This document shows, piece by piece, positions 21,256-30,380 of a stretch of DNA of 57,680 nt; the stretch's first letter is position 1, and each line of letters begins with the position of its first letter. Made by a program: the position numbers and the translations under genes. The stretch lies in the IMG/VR virus record IMGVR_UViG_3300024264_000039, positions 1-57,680 of that record. One strand, given 5' to 3'. A model generated the notes under the pieces. The model was not told the origin of the DNA and did not search any database. It saw only the letters and a list, made by a program, of their open reading frames with translations. This stretch comes from a virus (lineage: Duplodnaviria; Caudoviricetes).

Positions 21256-21867
21256 CTATCTCCAAGGTTGTCCTAATGACCAACCTACTAAACTATATCT
21301 TGTTCCTTTTGTTACTGGTGTAACTCTATGCCATAAAAAAGAAGGAAATACAACAATAGTACCTGCTTCATTTAATTCATTTAAAGTAAGTATATTTCTA
21401 ACATCTTGATTTTCTTTTTTTTCAAAATTAATTTCTTTGTTTCTTAAATCTAATTGAAAATCGCCGCCTTTATATTTTGACCTGTCTACTAGACTTACCA
21501 CTGAAGATAACTTACGAATTTTTCCATAACTATATTTTTTTGTTTTATCTTGATAAGGTTCTGGGGCTGCATCAGTATGCCAATTATAATGTTCATTTAA
21601 GGCATATTTAGTAAATTGCAAAGGTTCTGTATGGTCCCATTCAAAATTCCAACCTGCATTTTTATTTGCTGCGTGTATATAAGGATTAATTAAATCATAT
21701 AAAAAAGATTCACTTGTAAAAATTATTTCAGAGTCTCTAATTTTTTTTACTTCTCCCTTAGTAGTTCCTTTAGAGAGATTTAATTTAGAAAATTTTTTTA
21801 TAATTTGATTACATATTTTTTTTGGTATTGCTTTTTTAAAGAAATAGTAAGAGTGTTTAATATTCAC
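21256..21867 (-). CDS. PKHD-type / prolyl-4-hydroxylase-like 2OG-Fe(II) oxygenase
   Basis: Y-x-WHTD...RKLS...GG...FPSFLWHRVTPVTKGTRYSLVGW. Confidence 0.9.
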   Translation of the reverse strand: MNIKHSYYFFKKAIPKKICNQIIKKFSKLNLSKGTTKGEVKKIRDSEIIFTSESFLYDLINPYIHAANKNAGWNFEWDHTEPLQFTKYALNEHYNWHTDAAPEPYQDKTKKYSYGKIRKLSSVVSLVDRSKYKGGDFQLDLRNKEINFEKKENQDVRNILTLNELNEAGTIVVFPSFLWHRVTPVTKGTRYSLVGWSLGQPWR

Positions 21868-21877
21868 TTTATGAAAG

Positions 21878-22435
21878 TTATCTCTTAAAACATGTCCAAG
21901 TCATACTAACTCGGTTTTCTTCGTCGTAATTTTTAGAAAGATAATAATCTATATTAGAATTAAATAAATAAAAATTACCCGTTTCAATTGGCAACCTATG
22001 AATTTTTTGTTTCATATGCTGAGTATTATAGTCAAGTATAAGTTCACCTGAATTTACTCCTGCATTAGTAATGTATATCAAAGTGTAATGAGGAGCGCCT
22101 TCAATTTTATTCAAATCTAAATTATTTCTTTTCACAGAAATTTCATTACAGCCTTCTACATTTGCCCAAGCCTCAGAGTTTTGTATAGGTAAATTGTGGT
22201 CTAAATTTATTTTTTCATTGATTAAACTAAAAACCCATGAATGTTGAGCGTGATAATTAATTTTAATATCATATGTATAATTAGGATAATCGAAAACCAT
22301 TTTTTCTAAATCTTTAGAAATGTTTTCTGTAATAAGTTTATTATCTATTTTGGAGTGTTCTGTGTTAATAGAACCATGAATGACAAATTGTTCTGATAAA
22401 GTATCTTTTAGAGAGTACATATTTTTTCCTTTCAA
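21878..22435 (-). CDS. Degenerate 2OG-oxygenase-like (DSBH) protein lacking Fe ligands
   Basis: WAN...Y...SGEL...G-x-FYLFNS...NRVS layout matches the neighbouring oxygenases, but the HxH/D and distal His are absent. Confidence 0.55.
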   Translation of the reverse strand: MKGKNMYSLKDTLSEQFVIHGSINTEHSKIDNKLITENISKDLEKMVFDYPNYTYDIKINYHAQHSWVFSLINEKINLDHNLPIQNSEAWANVEGCNEISVKRNNLDLNKIEGAPHYTLIYITNAGVNSGELILDYNTQHMKQKIHRLPIETGNFYLFNSNIDYYLSKNYDEENRVSMTWTCFKR

Positions 22436-22476
22436 TATTTTAAAAAGTATATACTTTAATTAAATAATAATCAAGA

Positions 22477-22884
22477 TTAATCTACTGCTTGCCAAGATTG
22501 GGTTTCTTCAATCCAATCATACATAACACTACTATAATCGTCAGGTCTTGCTACAGGAGGATCCCAAGTAGCTGTAGTAACATTTTTAACCCAACTCGGA
22601 TAAGTCTTTTGATGCCAAAAAATATCATTTTCTGCATCATAGCTTCCACCTATGTGAGCAAAATTTCCTCTGAAAGGAGTTCCATTCAGATCAGTATATG
22701 CATAATCACCATTTAGATAACGGGCATTTCCAACTGTGTTATAAGAAGTTTGTTTCCAATTAGTGTAACCTGTTAAATTTGTTAAAAAAGTAATACCTTC
22801 TTCTTCTGTAGCAGCATTTGAATCATCTACCACAAGTACATTTAATACTACGTTATTGTCATCTAATTTTGCAAAGTGTGCCAT
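22477..22884 (-). CDS. Tail-fibre-associated protein (MAHFA type)
   Basis: MAHFAKLD...WKQTSYN...FRGNFA...P-rich/W C-terminus; directly follows the Gly-rich gene. Confidence 0.65.
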   Translation of the reverse strand: MAHFAKLDDNNVVLNVLVVDDSNAATEEEGITFLTNLTGYTNWKQTSYNTVGNARYLNGDYAYTDLNGTPFRGNFAHIGGSYDAENDIFWHQKTYPSWVKNVTTATWDPPVARPDDYSSVMYDWIEETQSWQAVD

Positions 22885-22888
22885 AATT

Positions 22889-23788
22889 TTATTTAAATTT
22901 GTAAGTTATAATAACGATACCAGATCCTCCGCTACCGCCGTTACCGTCAGGTGGATGACCGCCGCCACCTCCGCCGCCTCCAGTGTTAGTTGATCCTGAT
23001 GCCCCAGGTGAACCACAACCTGGACCTCCTGACGAGTCGGATCCTTTACCTCCACCGCCTGCGCCGCCTACGCCACCAGTAGCTGGGTTATCACATCTTC
23101 CTGCTCCACCACCGCCTCCTGCGTAGTAATTTGGTGATCCATTAATAGCTAATTCTCTTCCAGATCCACCAAAACCATTTGGTCCCGGACTTCCAGTGCC
23201 ATTAGCTCCGCCGCCACCGCCGCCAGCTTTTTCATTTCCTGGGTAGCCACCACCTCCTGGATTTCCTTCAGGTGGAGAATAACCTCCAGAGTTTCCAGAA
23301 CCTCCAGATCCTCCTGGACCTGAACCGTATCCTCCGCCAGACCCTCCAGAGTTGGCTGGACGAGAACCGTATCCTCCTCCACCGCCACCACCTGTGGCGC
23401 TGAAACCTAATCCTGAACTTGTGCTTCCATTAGAACCTTTACCTCGGCCACCGCCGCCACCGCCACCGCCACCTATTGATATAGGATAGCTTGTTTCACT
23501 TACTGCTTGTCCGCCTTCTATTGGATTTGGGTATGAATATCTTAATCCTCCAGCTCCACCTCCGCCAGCGATAGTAGATCCTCCACCGGCTCCGCCGGCA
23601 ACAACCATATAATCAACTGTTAAACCTGGTGGTGCACTATCTACTGTAAAAGTGCCTGATGAGGTAAATGTATGAATTTTATAATCTCCGCTTTCAGTTA
23701 CAGTTCCGCCGCTTGCTTCTATGAAAGAAGCTGAACCTCTACCGAAACCTCCTTTTGCTGCAGCTCCAAATGTACCTATTAATGGCAT
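22889..23788 (-). CDS. Glycine-rich tail fibre / receptor-binding protein
   Basis: YKIHTFTSSGTF, VVAGGAGGG, long Gly runs, GGSGIVIITY C-terminus. Confidence 0.75.
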   Translation of the reverse strand: MPLIGTFGAAAKGGFGRGSASFIEASGGTVTESGDYKIHTFTSSGTFTVDSAPPGLTVDYMVVAGGAGGGSTIAGGGGAGGLRYSYPNPIEGGQAVSETSYPISIGGGGGGGGGRGKGSNGSTSSGLGFSATGGGGGGGYGSRPANSGGSGGGYGSGPGGSGGSGNSGGYSPPEGNPGGGGYPGNEKAGGGGGGANGTGSPGPNGFGGSGRELAINGSPNYYAGGGGGAGRCDNPATGGVGGAGGGGKGSDSSGGPGCGSPGASGSTNTGGGGGGGGHPPDGNGGSGGSGIVIITYKFK

Positions 23789-23809
23789 AACCTTTCTCCT
23801 CCTAATTTA

Positions 23810-24880
23810 TTACGCAAACTGTGTTTGTGATGCTAATGTTGTAAATGTAGCGTCTCCAGTTTTAATAATTGTATATGAATAAACATCTATTGAACTTGCA
23901 TTACCAGCACTTGGCGCAGATCCACCTTGCCATTCTGGAGTAACTGTCGATGAATCAATTTGAACAACGTTATTGTAATATGCAGATCCACCTTGTGGTA
24001 CTAGGTGTGCAATCGTTACTGATTCTCCTGTGTCCATTATGCTGTTTAAACTGTTAGAACCATCTCCTCTAATATTTAAGGTATAGTTTCCAGCAGCGTT
24101 TGATGTAAAATTTAATACGGCTTGTGTAAGAACATCATAGTTAATTGTTCCTGTAGCTGCCGTTGCTGAACTTGTAACTTTTTCTGCAACACTTTGAATT
24201 TTACCTTGACCATTAAAAGTTGCTCTACCAATTCCTTTTGGAGTAAGATTTAAATCAATGTTAGTGTCACCACCAGTAGTAGATATTTCAGGTGCATTAC
24301 CGGTAGCTGCGTTTGCTATTGTAAATTCATTAACAGCGGTTCCAGCTGTAGTAAATGTAATTTGCTCGTTAGAGTTTTCATCAAGAATACCATGAGCTGT
24401 GTCAACAATAATATTTTGACTGTTTGTATCTAAGTCTGCTGAAAGTTGTGGTGAGTAGTCAGACGATAATTCTGTAAATGCTGTATCAACAACATTAGTA
24501 CCATCAGAGTAAATCATTTTAGTACCTTTATCTGCCGCTGCCCAAGTTACACCTGTTCCAGAAGAAGTTTTAAAAGTTACTGTGTGAGAACCACTAGTAG
24601 CATTATCAACTATAAAAGTTTTTTCAATTGAATCAGGAATTATTACGTTAACCGCACCTGCAATTGTTCCTGTTAATTTTAATACTTGGTTTTTACCATT
24701 TGATATTGCACCATTTGTAAAAACAAGAGTTGCACCAGTTGTAATGGGAATTGCTTGATATCCACCAATTGCTTGTTCTAAAATTAATAAGTTTGTGTTT
24801 GTAATTTGTCCCCAAGTTCCTGAATTTTCTCCAGTAGCCTGAACTGTAAGTTTTAAACTTGCTGATGTTGAATTCGCCAT
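23810..24880 (-). CDS. Tail fibre protein
   Basis: TGENSGTWG N-terminal anchor motif, Thr/Ser/Asn-rich, 356 aa. Confidence 0.7.
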   Translation of the reverse strand: MANSTSASLKLTVQATGENSGTWGQITNTNLLILEQAIGGYQAIPITTGATLVFTNGAISNGKNQVLKLTGTIAGAVNVIIPDSIEKTFIVDNATSGSHTVTFKTSSGTGVTWAAADKGTKMIYSDGTNVVDTAFTELSSDYSPQLSADLDTNSQNIIVDTAHGILDENSNEQITFTTAGTAVNEFTIANAATGNAPEISTTGGDTNIDLNLTPKGIGRATFNGQGKIQSVAEKVTSSATAATGTINYDVLTQAVLNFTSNAAGNYTLNIRGDGSNSLNSIMDTGESVTIAHLVPQGGSAYYNNVVQIDSSTVTPEWQGGSAPSAGNASSIDVYSYTIIKTGDATFTTLASQTQFA

Positions 24881-24902
24881 ATTTTTATACTCCGATTTAC
24901 TT

Positions 24903-24931
24903 AATTTATTAAAATTTTGTTATAGTGTCAA
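24903..24931 (-). promoter_or_regulatory. Sigma70 promoter upstream of the tail fibre genes
   Basis: TTGACA-17 nt-TAAATT on the minus strand. Confidence 0.5.
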
Positions 24932-24938
24932 ACTATAA

Positions 24939-26015
24939 TTATGCAGCGTTAGTATCGACTTCTTGCCATCCTGGAGGATCAACTGGTGCTGTGCCAGTAT
25001 TAACTTCGTTCCAAATCAATACATTTGTAGCCGTTCCTAAGCTATTTGTCAATCCAAATCCTGTTGGGAATGTATTTGCATTTGCTGTTACTTCAGCAAC
25101 ACTGCTTAAAGTAGCTGTTAAAGGAAATCCTGTTACATCTACTGGAGTTAATGCTTCTAATTCAGCATTACCTGTAGTGATAGCCATTGATAAATTATTA
25201 GCTACATTTGTTACAGGCGCATTTGCATCTCCACTAATATTAAAAGTATTACCCGCAGCTAAAGCGGCTGCTATAGCTTGACCTGTTAGAGAAACATCCG
25301 GCTCTGGATCTACACCAGAAAAATTCTCTTGCATAGACATAGCTAGAGTTTCAGTTACTCCATTGCCCCAAGCGAAATTACCCCAGGCAGATTTGTATCC
25401 CCAATAACCAACCGAAGTGCTGGTCACCTGTGCTATTGTATTTGCATCAAGATTAGCTGTACCTTGAGACATTGTAATTGGTAAAGATGCAGGAGTTACT
25501 ATTTCAGGATCATATGACAATTGCATTGTCATTGACATTCCAGTGGGCTCAAAAACAAAATTAGCAAATGCTTCTTCCTCACCAAGAGTAGCGGTTAAAG
25601 GTAATCCTGTAAGTTCTAAATTAGAATCTCCGTCAAATGCAAGACCTGCACTTCCTTCAAAAGCTGTTATAGATAAATTTGTATTATTAATAGGAACTGT
25701 TAATCCAGAAGATCCCCATAACTCAGTTCCCCAAGTATCAGATCCCCATCCTGTATTTATTTCATTATCAATAGTTACAGAATTTAAATTCGCAGAAAGT
25801 GATTCGCTATTTGGAATTAAAGTACCATCGATACCCCATCCAGTCGTGCCCCATCCTTGTCCGGACCAACCTGAATTGATTTCACCTTCTTGAGTACCTG
25901 TACCTAAAGTAGTTGTAGCTAATAGATTAGTGTTATTAAGAGAAGTTGTTGCATCTCCTAATTCCCCCCATTTAGCGTAACCCCAGGTTACCTGGCCCCA
26001 TGCACCTGTGCTCAT
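24939..26015 (-). CDS. Virion protein with WG repeats
   Basis: Four WG-x3-4-WG clusters separated by Thr-rich segments. Confidence 0.7.
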   Translation of the reverse strand: MSTGAWGQVTWGYAKWGELGDATTSLNNTNLLATTTLGTGTQEGEINSGWSGQGWGTTGWGIDGTLIPNSESLSANLNSVTIDNEINTGWGSDTWGTELWGSSGLTVPINNTNLSITAFEGSAGLAFDGDSNLELTGLPLTATLGEEEAFANFVFEPTGMSMTMQLSYDPEIVTPASLPITMSQGTANLDANTIAQVTSTSVGYWGYKSAWGNFAWGNGVTETLAMSMQENFSGVDPEPDVSLTGQAIAAALAAGNTFNISGDANAPVTNVANNLSMAITTGNAELEALTPVDVTGFPLTATLSSVAEVTANANTFPTGFGLTNSLGTATNVLIWNEVNTGTAPVDPPGWQEVDTNAA

Positions 26016-26031
26016 AGGAGTTTACCTCCTA

Positions 26032-26472
26032 TTAACCAGAGATTCTTAGAATCGCTGCAGTTGATGTTGGCTGTGGAAACTGAATTGTAAAAGTTCCTGA
26101 TGTAGCTGTTTTATCACTTCCAAAATCTAAAATACAAACTGATGCATTAGTAGTATCAGATGATGTATTGTAAATCATTGCTCCTCTAGCAGTTAACGTT
26201 ACTCCAGTAAACGATCTGTCTCCGAAGTCTACTCTCGCCACGCCTGCTGTCATAGAAGTAGCACCATTAACAAGAGCTCCGCCACCAGAAGCATACTGAC
26301 CGCTGTTTCCAACTTCACCTGTCGCTGTGAAAGCAGTTGTTGCAGAGTTTAGAGTTGCTGTAGAAATGTAAAGAGCTAATTTGAACTTATCACCACCAGT
26401 TTGTTTGAAATTCATGTCAGCTTCTAAAAGCTGTTTCTTAAATGAATTACAAATTGCTTGTGTTATTGCCAT
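26032..26472 (-). CDS. Putative virion structural protein
   Basis: SFK...FKLALY...LDFG-x-DKT...FTIQFP pattern, 146 aa. Confidence 0.65.
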   Translation of the reverse strand: MAITQAICNSFKKQLLEADMNFKQTGGDKFKLALYISTATLNSATTAFTATGEVGNSGQYASGGGALVNGATSMTAGVARVDFGDRSFTGVTLTARGAMIYNTSSDTTNASVCILDFGSDKTATSGTFTIQFPQPTSTAAILRISG

Positions 26473-26482
26473 AATTTATCTC

Positions 26483-27136
26483 CTATTGTTTTCCTATTCG
26501 AGGAACACCTGCTTGGTATTCATCCCGTCTTCGTCTTCCCATTTGTTCAATTGAGAATCCTTTGACTGCCTCTGTGTATTTTTTATCATATAACTGGAGC
26601 ATGTCAACGGGTCCTTTTAAAAATCCGTAAGCCTCGACTAGGCAAGCATACAATAAGCCGTTGGGAAATTTTTGACTTAAGTATGTAGTAGTATTTGTAG
26701 ACGATAATCCAGCAGTTTTCAAGATATAATTTATTTGAATTGTATAGGTCGCATCAGGTGTCGGGGCAAAAACCAAAGTGTCCTCATCCCAATAGCTGTA
26801 ATATTTAGGAACCCCTGTCTCTCCTTTAGGGTTAAATTCTGCCATAAAATTAGTATCTCTATATTGAAGAAAATCTCTATTATCTGCAGAAGCCGTGCCG
26901 TCAGAATCTACGATTTGAGCAGATCTTACAATTAATAAATCTTCAGGTGTATCAATAAATCTAGTATTTAAAACTAAACTAGCTGTTGCATATTTTCTAT
27001 TATTATCAGAGTCTACTTCTCTTAAAATTCTAAGTTCAGCATCTTCAATAAAACCATTTAAAATAGTATCTGTAAAAACATTACTAGATACTTCTGTGTA
27101 GTCTATAATTTTTTGTTTTAGTTCTGCGTATGTCAT
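26483..27136 (-). CDS. Head-tail adaptor-like protein
   Basis: MTYAEL...FIEDAELRI...G-x-PKYY...PTPD...LLYACL-x-EA pattern. Confidence 0.7.
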   Translation of the reverse strand: MTYAELKQKIIDYTEVSSNVFTDTILNGFIEDAELRILREVDSDNNRKYATASLVLNTRFIDTPEDLLIVRSAQIVDSDGTASADNRDFLQYRDTNFMAEFNPKGETGVPKYYSYWDEDTLVFAPTPDATYTIQINYILKTAGLSSTNTTTYLSQKFPNGLLYACLVEAYGFLKGPVDMLQLYDKKYTEAVKGFSIEQMGRRRRDEYQAGVPRIGKQ

Positions 27137-27996
27137 TAACTTCTCCCGTCCGTTATATTAACATTTAAAGGACCAGCAAGACAACCATTTCCTCCACCAG
27201 GTCCATACACATCTATTAAAAAAGTACCTGGACTTGTAGCAGGTAAATTATAACCGTTTTGATTAGTAATTGTTGGGGGCTGACTTCCACTTGGAGAAGT
27301 TGTGGTATTTAAAGAAACAACATTTCTTGTTCCAAAAATATTGGCTCCTGAACTGTGAGCACTTGCAATAGTGTTAGCAGGAGTTTCTCCTCTAAATGGG
27401 GAATTAGTTCCTCGAACTAAACCTGATAAAGTTTTTGTACCAGAATTATATGTTGTATATTGAATTACTTCATTTTCATATAACCCACTTGTAGAATTAA
27501 TTTTTTCAATCATTATAAAGCCTCCAGTAGAAATAAAACCAAGGTCATCTGTAACAGTCAGAGTTTGAGCCGTAGCATTTATATCCGTTGCTAATGTTGT
27601 AGATAATTCTAATTCTTGAATACTTCTTTGAAGAGCAGTTGTAAGGGATAATAAAGGTTGTTGAATACTCATCAATCTTACTGCATCATTTATTTCTATT
27701 CCACTATTAGGTTGATCAATAACATAAGTTGTAAAAGTACCGCCGCTTCCAGTAGTGATAGGATTGTCTACTAAAAAATCTGGAGTAGGTGGTTCTAATC
27801 TAGCCGGTCTTGGATGTTGTAATCCTTGTGGATCAGCAGTAAAAGGTTTTGGTTCTAATTGAGGTTGTTTAGGTTCATACTCTGAAATATGTACTCTTGC
27901 ACCATTCCATTCTCTAACCATTTCAGTATATGGATATTGCAAACCACTTCGGTCTGAAATAAATAATGCGTGTTTTCCTCTTGCTGTGTTACCCAT
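27136..27996 (-). CDS. Hypothetical virion protein
   Basis: DRSG...EPKQPQL N-terminus plus an inserted E-x-I-x-Y...RG...H-x-x-GA domain. Confidence 0.6.
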   Translation of the reverse strand: MGNTARGKHALFISDRSGLQYPYTEMVREWNGARVHISEYEPKQPQLEPKPFTADPQGLQHPRPARLEPPTPDFLVDNPITTGSGGTFTTYVIDQPNSGIEINDAVRLMSIQQPLLSLTTALQRSIQELELSTTLATDINATAQTLTVTDDLGFISTGGFIMIEKINSTSGLYENEVIQYTTYNSGTKTLSGLVRGTNSPFRGETPANTIASAHSSGANIFGTRNVVSLNTTTSPSGSQPPTITNQNGYNLPATSPGTFLIDVYGPGGGNGCLAGPLNVNITDGRS

Positions 27997-27998
27997 AA

Positions 27999-28940
27999 TT
28001 ATATACTCGGAAAGTAAGTTTTAGGAGAAATGTAAACACTAGCTGAAGATCCATCCTCTTCTAGAGCTCTAGCCAATTCATCCTCATAGATTAATTTTAA
28101 TTCTTGTATTCTTGGTTGTGCATATTTCATAGCTAAATAATAACTTAAACCTGCAACCATGCAAGGTACAAATCTATATGGTACATCTGTTGCATTACTA
28201 TAAGCACCTGCATCTTGAATTCTTTTTTCATAATAAAAATTTATAACATCTCCGTTTTGAGTAGAGCTTGGAGTCAAATAAATTGTTATTAAAACATGGT
28301 CAATAAATCTTTGAACAAAATATTGTGAAGGTTGTCCTGTTGCTGTTTTATTAGATAATGCCTGGTACTGAGATCTGTTTATTTTTTCTAATGGTGAATC
28401 AACATTAGAATTATTTCTAAAAGAACATTCTAAAATTTCTGTAGCTTGATTAACAAAGTTAGTTATAGCAGCTCCATCTGCATGAGTAGCTGCAGTAGTT
28501 CCATTAACTCCTCTTGTTACTCCAGTGAGCTCTAAACTGTTAAATCCAGTGTAAGAAATGTTTTCAGATCCAACATTAATTGTTCCTGAATCAGGCATAC
28601 GATCTTTTGAAGCAATTGTAATTCCAGTGGTTGCAGTTGTAGTGGCTATGGCTGCAGTTAGGGTAGATGTAACTCCATCAGAATTACCGTCAGAGGTTGC
28701 TCTGAAAATTTTATACTCATTTTTATTTGTTTCTAACGTAATATTAGTATTAGCTACTTCCCAAAAATGAAGACCTCTGTTACCCCATTCTTGAAACATT
28801 ATGTTTAACGATCTTCGAGCAGTTTTTAGATTATAACCACTCATATCAAATTGACCGAGTCTGTTGTAAGACTCTTCAATTATCTCATCGATCGAAAACG
28901 TTTTGTCAAACGTTGTAGTGCCCGAAGTAGTGTTGGCCAT
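27999..28940 (-). CDS. Tail tubular A / adaptor-like protein
   Basis: ARRSLN...EWGNRG...G-x-PSQY...PYRF-x-PCMVAGL pattern with an inserted Thr-rich domain. Confidence 0.7.
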   Translation of the reverse strand: MANTTSGTTTFDKTFSIDEIIEESYNRLGQFDMSGYNLKTARRSLNIMFQEWGNRGLHFWEVANTNITLETNKNEYKIFRATSDGNSDGVTSTLTAAIATTTATTGITIASKDRMPDSGTINVGSENISYTGFNSLELTGVTRGVNGTTAATHADGAAITNFVNQATEILECSFRNNSNVDSPLEKINRSQYQALSNKTATGQPSQYFVQRFIDHVLITIYLTPSSTQNGDVINFYYEKRIQDAGAYSNATDVPYRFVPCMVAGLSYYLAMKYAQPRIQELKLIYEDELARALEEDGSSASVYISPKTYFPSI

Positions 28941-28948
28941 TAGTTATC

Positions 28949-29230
28949 CTATGTAAAGGTTATAGTAACACCAGGTGTGTCTGTTAAGTCTAGATAAACA
29001 CCTTCTTTAAATAAAATACCCGAACTAGGACACAGAATATTTAATCCTTCTGTTCCAAATTTATATGTGGCAATTACAGTTCCAGCTGCTCCACCGCTTT
29101 TTAAAACAACGCTAGCACTAGCAACACCTTCTGCTTGAATAGAAGTTACTCTAGCTCTTTGCGTTGTAGGAACCATTTGGCCATCTGCAGTTGCGTGTGC
29201 TACTGATTGGTCACTTGAAAATGAACTCAT
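28949..29230 (-). CDS. Hypothetical virion protein
   Basis: 93 aa, AGGAG RBS. Confidence 0.65.
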   Translation of the reverse strand: MSSFSSDQSVAHATADGQMVPTTQRARVTSIQAEGVASASVVLKSGGAAGTVIATYKFGTEGLNILCPSSGILFKEGVYLDLTDTPGVTITFT

Positions 29231-29252
29231 ATTTTTCTCCTTAAAACTAATA

Positions 29253-29272
29253 TGTGGGGCCGAAGCCCCACA
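29253..29272 (-). terminator. Hairpin with UUCG tetraloop (terminator or stabiliser)
   Basis: Minus strand TGTGGGGC-TTCG-GCCCCACA followed by TATTAGTTTT. Confidence 0.7.
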
Positions 29273-29283
29273 CTAATTATTTA

Positions 29284-29754
29284 TTATAAATCTGCTGCGT
29301 CTTGAACAGAATTATTTTGAATGTATAATACAGTAACTGTACCTACACCAGTTGTACCATCACCAGTTGTACCTGAAAAATCAGCTAAAACTTGAATGTC
29401 AGTTGTACCAACATTAGTTGCTTCTGTATCTAAAACACCGTGAGTAGTTCCTACTGCTTGAACACTTTGTGCATTAATAAATGCATCAGCGTCAGCTATT
29501 GTTCCTACTGAAACACTAGATGCTGCTCCATCGTTATTAGCTGTAGTAACATTTAAAATTACATCTACGATTTGTGAGTTTGCTGGAATTACTGCACAAA
29601 CTTGATTTAAGTGTGATGCACCAGTGATATCAACCTTTACAGACTGAGCCATAGTTACAAAACCTACGTTTGCAATGTTAGTTCCAACAGTTGTTCCTGT
29701 TGTATTTGAAATCGTTCCCGCTTTTACTGGTCCCGAAAAAGTAGTATTTGCCAT
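29284..29754 (-). CDS. Putative capsid decoration / minor virion protein
   Basis: MANTTFSGPV start, beta-rich, 156 aa, with its own promoter and downstream hairpin. Confidence 0.65.
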   Translation of the reverse strand: MANTTFSGPVKAGTISNTTGTTVGTNIANVGFVTMAQSVKVDITGASHLNQVCAVIPANSQIVDVILNVTTANNDGAASSVSVGTIADADAFINAQSVQAVGTTHGVLDTEATNVGTTDIQVLADFSGTTGDGTTGVGTVTVLYIQNNSVQDAADL

Positions 29755-29761
29755 GATTATT

Positions 29762-29819
29762 CTCCTAGTTAAATTCTACATAGTCTCTAGGCCGTCGACT
29801 ATACTGCGTCCATGCAGAA
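29762..29819 (-). ncRNA. Candidate cis-regulatory RNA in the 5' leader
   Basis: Minus strand TTCTGCATGG...CTATGTAGAA 10-bp stem (two G-U pairs); loop CCTAG is complementary to CTAGG overlapping the AGGAG RBS. Confidence 0.45.
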
Positions 29820-29844
29820 AATTAATATATTGTATAGTGTATTT

Positions 29845-29873
29845 TTTATATACTAGATTTGAGTAGAGTGCAA
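29845..29873 (-). promoter_or_regulatory. Sigma70 promoter
   Basis: TTGCAC-17 nt-TATAAA upstream of the structured leader. Confidence 0.5.
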
Positions 29874-29920
29874 GAGATCCTACAGTGTGGAGTGGAATTT
29901 TCCAACGATATAGCTTTTTA

Positions 29921-30130
29921 TTAAGTAGCTACAGAAACTTGAGGAGCAGCGCCTTCAACGCTATTCTGCCTGTGGGCAATAGCTGCTTCTTCCAGCTTGA
30001 TCTTTGTGATGACTTCTTTAACCTTGTCATCAATTCTGACCATTTCAAGAGTGTACCTATTATTATCTAGGTGCTCCTGTTCCCACTTCAACTCCAAGGA
30101 CCTTTTTGCTTTGTATAGGTCTTGTATCAT
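29921..30130 (-). CDS. Hypothetical protein
   Basis: 69-aa helical ORF with GAGG RBS. Confidence 0.65.
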   Translation of the reverse strand: MIQDLYKAKRSLELKWEQEHLDNNRYTLEMVRIDDKVKEVITKIKLEEAAIAHRQNSVEGAAPQVSVAT

Positions 30131-30320
30131 TTATAACCTCTTCAAAAGTTATTCTATTAATCCTAGAATCATAATTTTTTCCAAGATCTTCCCATTTTAT
30201 ACTATTTTCTCCTAGCTTGTCAAGTATAGCTAGTTCTACAGATTTTGCATTATCTTCAGCTAATATTTCAAATTTAGCATGATGATCGTACGCAAAGATA
30301 TTAATGAGAAGTTGTTTCAT
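30063..30320 (-). CDS. Hypothetical protein
   Basis: Start moved to MKQLL at 30320 because the longer start overlaps the terminator hairpin. Confidence 0.6.
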   Translation of the reverse strand: MKQLLINIFAYDHHAKFEILAEDNAKSVELAILDKLGENSIKWEDLGKNYDSRINRITFEEVINDTRPIQSKKVLGVEVGTGAPR

Positions 30321-30345
30321 AGGTTTTTCTTTCTTATTTAATAAA

Positions 30346-30370
30346 TGAGGCGGGATTGTGTCCCGCCTCA
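30346..30370 (-). terminator. Intrinsic terminator after the major capsid gene
   Basis: TGAGGCGGGA-5 nt-TCCCGCCTCA 10-bp stem followed by TTTATT on the minus strand. Confidence 0.75.
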
Positions 30371-30380
30371 AAATTATCTA

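Noticed and set aside
18004-22435. TET/carbamoyl DNA hypermodification cluster
   Set aside because: The oxygenases do not look TET/JBP-like, no cytosine methyltransferase or hydroxymethylase is recognisable, and the cluster is in the tail module. Not excluded without nucleoside analysis.
22889-23788. GC-rich CCGCCA/CCTCC runs as a DNA repeat element or G-quadruplex
   Set aside because: Explained by glycine codons of the Gly-rich protein.
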